From assembly GCA_965222155.1 (NCBI GenBank), contig CBDCTH010000012.1:1312001-1376000 (forward strand): a DNA stretch of 64,000 bases. Reading direction: 5' to 3'. Position 1 is the stretch's first letter; every line of letters begins with the position of its first letter. The notes below the pieces were generated by a model that was not told the DNA's origin, searched no databases, and saw nothing but the letters and a program-made list of their open reading frames with translations. Of this stretch, positions 28,198-37,355 are shown one piece after another. The DNA is from Gammaproteobacteria bacterium. GTDB taxonomy: Bacteria; Pseudomonadota; Gammaproteobacteria; Eutrophobiales; Eutrophobiaceae. Made by a program: the position numbers and the translations under genes.

Positions 28198-28516
28198 CGT
28201 ATCGTCCCAGGGTTAGCCCGGATAATGCACCGGATTATTTGTCATAAATGGAAAGTTACTTAGTTACTCAGGCATCCTGCCGTCAAAAAATGTGAGCATA
28301 ATACCAGTAAAACTACTACATACTACAGTAACAACAGCCGGCTCAAGTCCACCACCTGGCGGAGACAGTGATCCTGGTCCTGATTTTCAACCATAGGAAA
28401 TAAATAATGGCACTACATAACGCGTCTGGAATCGCCACGTTTGGCTACCGGGGCGCTCCCGGCGAATTGCAGCAGAAACTCGACACCGCAAAGGTCGAGG
28501 TCCTGCGGGGGGTCGC

Positions 28517-29227
28517 GTGATGGACATCGCAGTCTTCGTGACGATCTGGAGCATTGCAATGAGCCCGGCGGATCTGCATGGCCGCCTGCTGGGTGAACCC
28601 CTCGACTTCCTGATGAGCGTCGGCGACGTGAAGGCTGTCGAGGTTTATCTGCCCGAACCGGGTAATGTGCCGTTAATGGACGACGTACCGGCACCTGCGC
28701 TGATCGTGCAGATCGATCTGGACTCGCCTGCTGCCGCTGCCGCCCTGGTCGGGTCGGGTGAATTCAAGCGGTTGTTCACGAATGCAGAGTCTTATCCGGC
28801 CCCGGTCGAGAAGATCAATCTCGAGACCCTTGAGGTCGTCCACTACGACCTGCCCGGTCACGAATCTCCGCTGCCCCGGACCGCACCCCTGTCCTTCGTG
28901 GTGCGCTATTACGGTCCGGTGGCCGACGCGGCTGACTTCATCGACTTCTACACGAAGAACCACCCGCCGCTGCTGGCAAAATTTCCCGGCATCCGCAACG
29001 TGCTGTGCTATCTGCCGCTGAACTGGCAATCGATGAAGGAGATTATGGACGACTATATGTTCCTGGGCAACGAAGTAGTCTTCGACGATCTGGACGCACT
29101 CAACCAGGCCCTGGCCTCGGACGTAATGCCGGAGGTGCAAGCAGACGGCGAACACTTTACCGCATACGGCTACAACACCCACCATGCCATGCAGCGGCGT
29201 CGGGTTTACGCCCGCGGCGACCGATAG
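28517..29227 (+). CDS. EthD-family protein
   Basis: FIDFYTKNHPPLLAKFPGIR...EVVFDDLDALNQALAS. Confidence 0.7.
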   Translation: MMDIAVFVTIWSIAMSPADLHGRLLGEPLDFLMSVGDVKAVEVYLPEPGNVPLMDDVPAPALIVQIDLDSPAAAAALVGSGEFKRLFTNAESYPAPVEKINLETLEVVHYDLPGHESPLPRTAPLSFVVRYYGPVADAADFIDFYTKNHPPLLAKFPGIRNVLCYLPLNWQSMKEIMDDYMFLGNEVVFDDLDALNQALASDVMPEVQADGEHFTAYGYNTHHAMQRRRVYARGDR

Positions 29228-29262
29228 AACCGCCACAACGCGCCGTCAAACCAGCAAACTGA

Positions 29263-31837
29263 TTATCTCTCTTTTGCAAGCACCACTTCCTCTCTCACCA
29301 TAGCTTCTATCAACTCCGCTTCCTCTGCCGTGATATCGCCATTGCCAACATGCTGATCGAGTATCCGTCTCAAATCAGTAGGAGTGAGCCTGTCTTGCCG
29401 AATCAACAACTCAAACAGCATTTGCGCAGTCAGGTTCGCGGATGTGGACGAAGCACCGGAATAAACACTCACCGCTAACTGACTGTCTTCGCTCCCTGTA
29501 ACCGACTGGATCTCCTCAGGCGCCGGTGAAGCTACATTTGACACATCATCCTCTCCCACTATAGGGTCACTATCCTGGAGCTCTGATCTGATTTCTTCCA
29601 GGACGGGCATATGTGCTGCGCTCCTGTTCCTGCGCGCACGATGATACTGATGAAGCACATACACAACTGGAGCACCAACCCCGATAAGACCGGCCAGCCA
29701 GGGAAATATTTGAATAGCGAATAACTGACCGAAGGTCAGGTTCTCCTCGCCTGCCTCTATCCTTTCCAGGTATTCCGTCAGATTGAAACCAGCAGGCGGT
29801 CCCCCACAGACGTTCGCCACGGCCAGCGGCCAGAAACATGCCCCCCCTTGGCCAAACCCGGTGGAAAGGGGTCCGATAATATTCGCGGAAATCTGTCCGA
29901 GTGTCAGAGTGAGGGACAGGATATTGATAATTACATTACGTAAAGAGCCCAAGGCAATAACCATTGTCCGGAGCAGCCGGTTGGGGATTGCGCGAAACTG
30001 TCTCAGCCATGGAATCAGATTTTGTTCATTCACTCTTTTATTGACGAAATGTACAAATAATGATGCTGATATAAGCTGGATGAGCATGCCTATGGCAGTA
30101 TAGCCGACGACAGCAGCTGCAGCCTGAGTAGGAGTCAAATTGTCATCTTCAATAGCGTTTTGAAAGACCAGATAAATAGCGACCTCGGCGTTTGTAAGAA
30201 ATGATGCAATGTAGGTAATTACATTACCAAAATGGGTGTACAACATGGAAATGAATAATCCTGAGCGGGTTTCACTCCAACCCAGCCTGTCCTGCAAAAT
30301 TCGTCTGGATATCTGGGGGGAAAAGGTAAACTGACCCAGATAAATGAAGATGTCCATAATTACCCTGATTATAATGGTAGCAATACGGGCAGGGTTCCAG
30401 GGTTGAAGCCATAAACTTGGGGACAGGCTGCCCTGTGTAACTGAAGCTTGCAAGTAGGCAGAAATGCCGGTTGCCCCGATCATTTCAGGAAGGGATACGT
30501 TCCAGTCTATACCCCTGGGTGGTCCCTTCGGCAGGTCATCAGAAGTGACCCGCGCACGGTCTTCCACCGACGGGGGATGATTCCTGAAATAGCAATTCAG
30601 TAACTATGTTGCGGGTTTACCAAAAAAAATGTCACACAGTAACATGATACATCTGGATATACCGCCAAGAAGGTTGGTTAAGAGATCCAGGGGCAGACCC
30701 ACGCCAATTATCGAGGATCCTAGCATTATGGTTGCCAACAAATTCCCTAACCCGGGCAGACTTAATGTGCCGTGATCTGCCGTTTGTATGTGGTCGACAC
30801 GGTTCGTGTAGGCGTTATGGAGAGCTAATACGGCCGGGAAATAATTTGCCATGAACTCATCAGGATCATTCTCGAATTCAGAATCCGAATCTGAATCCAA
30901 ATCCGAACCAAGAATTTCATCAGGTAAACCGGGTGCTTCGTCCTCAATGATCACCCCCATGTGTTGGATTTCGATGCTGCTTTCAGAAGGCGCTGAAAGA
31001 TCCGAATTTCCAACGAGATTGATCATTTCCAAGGAAGCCGTTTCCAGAGCAGGCATGCCATGCTCGTATTCGTTCTCCGGCTTGTCGTCCTTATTGTTTT
31101 TATCCTTCTTTCCCTTCATCTGCACGGGTGCAGTGTCACAAACGGAAGCAGCTTTGACCTGCGTGGGTTCGGCGGCTACCTGATCTAACAAGGGTTGCGC
31201 GGACTCGCCACTCAACACCGCTTGTGCGACCGCATCCGCCTGTTGTTCATATTGATCCCCTGCCACTCCGATTCCGTCCGGTAACGGCATCCTGTCTCCT
31301 AAGGCCGCCTGCTGCACCCCGTGGGCAGCTTCATGGGCCTGGGTATACAAATTCGGGGAACCCGCTATTGCCATCCGTCCTCCACACGTATACGCCTCTG
31401 CCTCTAAGGCTTCCAGCGCCAACCCTGCAACAGGCCCGGTATGCTCGCGCATCCCCCGGATATCATGGCGGCCAAAGGCCTGTTGCAGGGCATCCAGGTG
31501 AGTCAGGGGCCGGCCCGGATCCTGCAGTCCCTGTGTCGCAATCTCATGGGTCTTCCTATCCAGACCTTCCGCGTACAGTTGCCCGGCCCAGTGCAGGAAG
31601 GCGCGATTACCCAACTGCCGCCTCCCCCCGCATCGATACTGTCCATGAATTGCAGCGGCGAGCTACCCATTTTTATCCCTCTGCAGCTACCGTGTGCAGG
31701 GCAGCGTCTGTATCGTTAGCACCAGTCGGATCAGCTCCACATATGGCACCCTGGTTACCCTGGCTTGCCAAGGTTTGGTTAACCCCACGCCCAGAGTCTT
31801 GCCCAGCTTGTTTCGGGTAGATTGTAGTCTTGTTCAT
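29263..31837 (-). pseudogene. Split DUF4157 (eCIS-core-like) protein with hydrophobic C-terminal domain (ORFs 30604-31614 and 29263-30567)
   Basis: AEAYT...AHEAAHGVQQ...YEQQADAVA motif. The two ORFs are in the same frame separated by one TAG; the probable 5' part from ATG 31837 needs two frameshifts at G runs. Confidence 0.7.
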
Positions 31838-32265
31838 ATCAGATAATTAGTTGTTTATGTGTTATTTATTCCCGAGGTGATATATGAATTTACGACTGAA
31901 AAGCGGAACCAGAACAGCAGTAAATAAAACGAGTTTGAATGCCAGAAACAATGAGAGTGCGGGAACGACTAAATTTTGTACCACTGCCCCGGGAAACAAC
32001 TCGGGTACGACCCGGCCGCTTTGATCTTGCCTTGTCCTTGAGCTTGGTTGAGCTTTCGCCCCCGGACTGATTTTTAGACGTGATTTACCGACTATACATG
32101 GGATATATAGTTCGCTGTTTGGATAATTACAAGAAATAATTTACCGAGGCTCTCCGCCATAGGTATTACAAAAATCTAGCAGTCTCCACCATAATTGGAA
32201 CTCATCAGGGAAAACAGGGGGCACGTGCCACCGATAACCCGCCACTCTTCGTTGGCAAGCGCCGC

Positions 32266-33390
32266 TTAGCCAAGCCGACTATATTGACGCATGATTGACA
32301 CTAGTTTCTCTTGATCAATTGCAGCCAGAGTGTAGCCGGGCGGTTTGACCGTCGGCACTGATTCCGCTGCGATCATGGCATTGATAATGGCTTCCTCCAC
32401 TGACTGCGCGGCTGCTGCGAAGACGTCATCACAATAATGATCATTGATAAAATCAAGTTGATAGCTACCGGGATGTGGCCCTGCCATACCTGGGAACTCA
32501 ATTTTGTTGGCAACGGAAAACGCCAGGATGATGTCACCGGAGTAGTGACCGCCGGGTGACCCGGTGCGGGCAATCCCCATTGCCCCGCGCTTGGCCAGAC
32601 GCTGAAGTTGTATGGGTAACATAGGTGCGTCTGTAGCAATGATGACGATGATGGAACCCTGCTCATGACCTGTGATCTCGGAGATAATGGCATTTTCCGT
32701 GAGGTGTTTTCCCACCGGCACGCCACATATAGTGCATTCCCGGCGTGAGCCAAAATTTGACTGCACCAGTGCCGCTACGGTGTAAGCGCGGCCCTCTCTA
32801 TCTATCTGTCTGGATGCCGTTCCGGTGCCGCCCTTGAACTCATAGGTCATCATGCCGGCCCCGCCGCCGACATTGCCTTCAGCCACGGGGCCGGTAGCAG
32901 CGCCATTCAATGCCTCGAAAACGTGGCGCTCCTCTACGTGCAGACCGCAGATATCATTGGTCAGACCATCGTAGGTCTCGGCGATCACGGGCATGGCCCA
33001 GGCATGATCATCGATGAACCGGTCAGGGTCGTTTTCTATCATCCATTTCACCGTTGCGTGATGAGCCATGCCGATCGAATGGGAATTGGTGATGCAAACG
33101 GGACTCATGAAGTACCCGGCATCGTTGATCCAGTGTGTGCCGGTCATCTCACCATTGCCATTGAGGTTGAAATGACCGGCCCAGACGGGCAGGTTCTGCT
33201 CCAGCCGGCCCCTTGGCAGGATCGCGGTGACGCCCGTGAGCACAGGCCCGTTGCCAACTGTCAAGTCACCGCTGCCTTTTTTAATGGTACAGAAACCCAC
33301 TTCGACACCAGGAACATCGGTGATGGCATTGTAGCGGCCGGGCGTGCCGTCAAAGGGAAGACCCAGGTCCCGCGCTCTCTTATTACTCAT
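32266..33390 (-). CDS. DmpA-like aminopeptidase (peptidase S58/P1)
   Basis: NAITDVPGVEVG, NGNGEMTG, EGNVGGGAGM, GSIIVIIATDAP. Confidence 0.92.
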   Translation of the reverse strand: MSNKRARDLGLPFDGTPGRYNAITDVPGVEVGFCTIKKGSGDLTVGNGPVLTGVTAILPRGRLEQNLPVWAGHFNLNGNGEMTGTHWINDAGYFMSPVCITNSHSIGMAHHATVKWMIENDPDRFIDDHAWAMPVIAETYDGLTNDICGLHVEERHVFEALNGAATGPVAEGNVGGGAGMMTYEFKGGTGTASRQIDREGRAYTVAALVQSNFGSRRECTICGVPVGKHLTENAIISEITGHEQGSIIVIIATDAPMLPIQLQRLAKRGAMGIARTGSPGGHYSGDIILAFSVANKIEFPGMAGPHPGSYQLDFINDHYCDDVFAAAAQSVEEAIINAMIAAESVPTVKPPGYTLAAIDQEKLVSIMRQYSRLG

Positions 33391-34534
33391 GGCTGTATCT
33401 CTTCGCCGCCGGAATAAAACACAAAAAGCTGATCATAACACTGAGTGCGACCAGTATATTAAGGGCGGAAAAATCATTGGCGCTGATAACCAGCCCCGCA
33501 AGCGTGGGACCTAGCGAAGCACCCAGAGCATGAAAAGCCGGCACCACCGCAATACCCCGGCCTGACCCGTCGACAGCCGAGACCACGGCATACTGGTAGG
33601 CCAGGGAATAATTCCAGGCAAAGTTATAAATACCGACAGCCAGGATATAGACTACGAGATGTGAGGATAATGTCAGCAGTACCGCAGTGATCACCGTCCC
33701 GACTGTCGCTATCAGCAGGGGTTGCAGGCGGCCATGGCGATCCCCCTGCCAGGACGCGGCGAGTGAACCGGCAATTCCCACTGCCACGCCGACGGCCAGG
33801 CTGTTACCGATGGTTTGCGGCGTATACCCGGCAGCATTTCCCATACGCTCAATGAAGGCCCAGAAACAACCCACGTTGAAAAAGAAAAAGAAACACCCGG
33901 CCAGTGCGTAAAGGACTTTTGACTGGACAAAGACAGCGAAGGGTTTATTGATGACCTGTGCTTTGCCGGAACGGGGCAACAGTTTTATGACGGCAAGGCC
34001 AATCAGATCCATAACGATCAGAAAGATCAACATTGCATCAAGACCGCCGGACTCGATGAGACTCGGCAACAGTAACAGCCCAAGCACCTGGAAACTCACC
34101 TGTGTTGCAATGGAATAACCGAAAATCCGATCCGGTTTGCTGTTATCAGAGAGAATCGTCAGCGCCAGCGAATAGGTAGCGCTCCCACCCAGGCCGATCA
34201 GAACTACAGCACCGAGAAAGAGAATAAAGTTGTCCTGCAGCAGCAGGGCGCTGATATTGCCAATCAGCATGACTGCCACCGTGCCGGTCGACAATCGTAT
34301 CCAGTCGAATTTCCTTACCAGGAATATTGCCAGCAGGGAGCTGATAGCGGCAGCGGCCATCATTACACCCGCCAGAATCCCGAGCCGGCTTTCCACCAGT
34401 CGCAAGTCTTCAGCCGCGGCGCCGATAAACAGAGGAAGCAGCAGAAAACAACTGGCGCCTACGACGCACAGCAAAATGCCGGTGGCCACGGTTCGTCCTG
34501 AATCAAGTACCTCAGTTACTGTTTGATCAGCCAT
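33383..34534 (-). CDS. MFS transporter
   Basis: About 12 TM helices; overlaps the peptidase start. Confidence 0.85.
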   Translation of the reverse strand: MADQTVTEVLDSGRTVATGILLCVVGASCFLLLPLFIGAAAEDLRLVESRLGILAGVMMAAAAISSLLAIFLVRKFDWIRLSTGTVAVMLIGNISALLLQDNFILFLGAVVLIGLGGSATYSLALTILSDNSKPDRIFGYSIATQVSFQVLGLLLLPSLIESGGLDAMLIFLIVMDLIGLAVIKLLPRSGKAQVINKPFAVFVQSKVLYALAGCFFFFFNVGCFWAFIERMGNAAGYTPQTIGNSLAVGVAVGIAGSLAASWQGDRHGRLQPLLIATVGTVITAVLLTLSSHLVVYILAVGIYNFAWNYSLAYQYAVVSAVDGSGRGIAVVPAFHALGASLGPTLAGLVISANDFSALNILVALSVMISFLCFIPAAKRYSHE

Positions 34535-34771
34535 ACAGTAATTTTAATGGCATAAGGGAAATCCCTGCACAGGTTATATAATCCGTAGTCTCTACTGTCC
34601 AGGAAATTTGTGCCAGGCACAAGCAATGATGTGCAGGTTTACGTTGTTTGCAGGAACCGCAGCCTGGTTTTTGGGAAAGGACCACAACATTATAAATATG
34701 TAAATACTTGATGCATGAGCACAGTATGTATATACTCACGTATATACAAAATAAATTCGGCGGAAGTTTCC

Positions 34772-35014
34772 ATGCATGAGCAAATTACAAAAGTATTCAA
34801 AAGCGGCAACAGCCAGGCTGTGAGGCTGCCCCGTGATTTTCGGTTGGATAGTGATGAAGTACTGATTAGAAAAGAAGGGAAAAACATCGTTATCTCACCG
34901 TTACCGACATCATGGAAAGGCTTTATGGACGATACTTCCCCATTATCTGATGATTTTTCCACTGAAGGTGCGCAACTGCCTAATGATATGCCGCGTACTG
35001 TATTGAAGGATTAA
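34772..35014 (+). CDS. vapB: VapB (AbrB-type) antitoxin
   Basis: KVFKSGNSQAVRLPRDFR; upstream TTGATG-17-TATACT promoter with two GTATATAC boxes. Confidence 0.9.
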   Translation: MHEQITKVFKSGNSQAVRLPRDFRLDSDEVLIRKEGKNIVISPLPTSWKGFMDDTSPLSDDFSTEGAQLPNDMPRTVLKD

Positions 35015-35016
35015 AC

Positions 35017-35427
35017 ATGCTTAAATATTTATTGGATACGGATACTTCCATTGCCATCATGAATGATTCCCCCGTCCACGTTCGGCGACAATTGATAAAA
35101 AACAGTATGGACGAGGTGGGTATCTCGGCAATCAGTTTGTATGAGTTGCAATACGGCGTGAGCAAATCAAAAAAACGAAAACAAAACACGTACACATTGA
35201 ATAATTTTCTTGAATATATTCAAGTAATGGAGTGGACAAAGGAATGTGCAAGTACAGCGGGAAACCTGCGCGCTGAGCTTGAAAAAAGCGGCAATCTGAT
35301 TGGTCCGTATGATCTACTGATAGCGGCGCATGCCAAGACCCTGAGGACAACGCTTGTTACGCATAACGTGAAAGAATTTATACGCGTCGGTGGCCTCAAG
35401 ATAAAGGATTGGGTGGGAAGTCGTTAG
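35017..35427 (+). CDS. vapC: VapC PIN-domain toxin
   Basis: YLLDTD, ELQYG, IGPYDLLIAAHA, LVTHNVKEF. Confidence 0.93.
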   Translation: MLKYLLDTDTSIAIMNDSPVHVRRQLIKNSMDEVGISAISLYELQYGVSKSKKRKQNTYTLNNFLEYIQVMEWTKECASTAGNLRAELEKSGNLIGPYDLLIAAHAKTLRTTLVTHNVKEFIRVGGLKIKDWVGSR

Positions 35428-35577
35428 GGTGACTACGTTCTTTCCTGAAATTTGTAACGGCTAGCTCTCCGCCACGTAATCACGTGTCCTGAACGGACAC
35501 TCTGGTACCGTTTTAAGGGGGCAGGTCAGTCTCACCAATTTTGTGGTTTAGATTGGTCCAGTATTACGAGGGGGAGG

Positions 35578-36405
35578 TCACATGTAGGTTTGAAGGAAAC
35601 GTGTGATTCCTGTTACATAGACATCTTTGCTGAATAAATACCCGCTATTATGATCCCCGGAAATAGAGAGAAACATTTTCGGTTCCCGCGCGAATTTAAA
35701 CAAGCGTTGTCCGAATCTGACCGGTATCAACTCATCTTGAGGGCTATGGATAATTAAGACCGGGCAGTTGAACGAGGTAATTTGTTTATCTACAGGATAA
35801 TGTATCCGTGAAATCCAGGAAACCGGCAAGTAGGGATAATAATATTTTCCCAGCTCTTTAATGGATGTAAATGTGGATTCCAGTATTACCGCTGCGGGCA
35901 TGATCTTTGCGGCTAATGAAGCGGCTACTGCACCGCCCAGGGAACGACCGAATACGATAATCTCATCCGGGTGTAACTGGCGTTCATCAACCAGATAATC
36001 CCAGGCGGCCATTGCGTCCTGGTATGTCCCGTGCTCGGAAGGTCGCCCATCACTGTTACCGTATCCGCGGTAATCGATAATGAAAACTGATAAACCGATG
36101 TCATAAAATATGGAAATTGATTCAATACGATGAGAAATATTCCCGGCATTACCATGAAAAAACAGCAGGGTTGCTTTCGCATCTGGATTATGTACATACC
36201 AACCGTGGATTTTTATTTTATCATCCGTGACCAGGTAAACGTCCTCATAATCCAAACCGATGGTTGCGGGCGTGTCGCCAATCCTTTTGCCAGGAAAAAA
36301 GATCATTTTTTCCTGGAATACAAAGAGCAGGGCCATAAAGCCAAGACAAAGTATTAAGACGATAAGAACAAGGGAACTCAGCATACGATTTAAAAGCGGC
36401 ATCAA
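35578..36405 (-). CDS. Membrane-anchored alpha/beta hydrolase
   Basis: FFHGNAGN, DYRGYG, GRSLG. Confidence 0.9.
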   Translation of the reverse strand: MMPLLNRMLSSLVLIVLILCLGFMALLFVFQEKMIFFPGKRIGDTPATIGLDYEDVYLVTDDKIKIHGWYVHNPDAKATLLFFHGNAGNISHRIESISIFYDIGLSVFIIDYRGYGNSDGRPSEHGTYQDAMAAWDYLVDERQLHPDEIIVFGRSLGGAVAASLAAKIMPAAVILESTFTSIKELGKYYYPYLPVSWISRIHYPVDKQITSFNCPVLIIHSPQDELIPVRFGQRLFKFAREPKMFLSISGDHNSGYLFSKDVYVTGITRFLQTYM

Positions 36406-36503
36406 GAAAGTAAAAAACTGGGAAGTCCGGATATGGTACGTTAATCAGTTGACCTTTTACCAAGCTGTGTGTAGGCCAATTGAAGGGGAGGGGGTCAAAG
36501 TCT

Positions 36504-36881
36504 TTATCTCCCGATAAAATTTTCCAATCTTGCGAAATCGTTGTCCGCGGTTTCCAGGCCCACTTTGTGATATTGTGCGCAAGCCGCGATGACCAAATCG
36601 CTGGCAGGTACCGTGATACCTTGCTCACGGGCTTGGCGGGCGAGGTCATATGCTGTGTGCCATACGCCATCAGTTATCGGAAGTTCCGGGAGTACCTTGG
36701 CGAAATCCCGCAAAACCTTTTTCTCCTGATTGCCGCCGGCGCCATTCCACAGTTCCAGTTGAATAAGCGGGCACCAGCAAGCCTCGCCTGATTGCAACGC
36801 ATTCTCGACCCTGGACCGAACCGCGGGGTCGCCCTGGGGGCGAAGCAAATGGATCCAGGATGAACTATCGATAAGGATCAA
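36504..36881 (-). CDS. vapC: VapC PIN-domain toxin
   Basis: ILIDSSSWI, DLVIAACA, TADNDF. Confidence 0.88.
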   Translation of the reverse strand: MILIDSSSWIHLLRPQGDPAVRSRVENALQSGEACWCPLIQLELWNGAGGNQEKKVLRDFAKVLPELPITDGVWHTAYDLARQAREQGITVPASDLVIAACAQYHKVGLETADNDFARLENFIGR

Positions 36882-36886
36882 GGAAC

Positions 36887-37090
36887 TCAGCCCAGGCGGC
36901 GCTGCTCTTGCAACATTTCGACGGTTATCAATGCCTCGCAGGTGCCGGCATGTTTTATGAGTTGCGCCATGCGTTTACGCCGGTTGAAATCAGTAATGGC
37001 TGTCACCACTGCCTCACGTTTGGTTTTTGCATTGGTAAAACGCATCGTATCTGCCAGTTCCTTGTCAGGAATATCAATAGTAGTTTTCAT
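36887..37090 (-). CDS. vapB: VapB-family antitoxin
   Basis: MKTTIDIPD...KTKREAV. Confidence 0.85.
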   Translation of the reverse strand: MKTTIDIPDKELADTMRFTNAKTKREAVVTAITDFNRRKRMAQLIKHAGTCEALITVEMLQEQRRLG

Positions 37091-37355
37091 GATGCAATAT
37101 TAGAGTAATTAAGATGCTATATCAATAAAAATTATAATATAAAAATTATAATATTATTTCAGATTGATAATAATCCCATCAGGTAAGCATAATCTGCTGC
37201 CGTTCCGCCTGCGTTTATGAACATGTCAAACGTATGACTGGCCTTCCAATCTCCGCTAGTCACAAACTTCAGACTGGGGATGAATTGCTAAGCGCCGAAT
37301 GGAACAGTTACAGGAAGCAGGCCAGTTGCCGTATCTTGGGGCCGGTCACAGGGTA

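Noticed and set aside
37126-37153. 14-bp AT-rich tandem repeat upstream of vapB (and a 10-bp tandem at 16289-16308)
   Set aside because: Short, low-complexity slippage duplications with no further support
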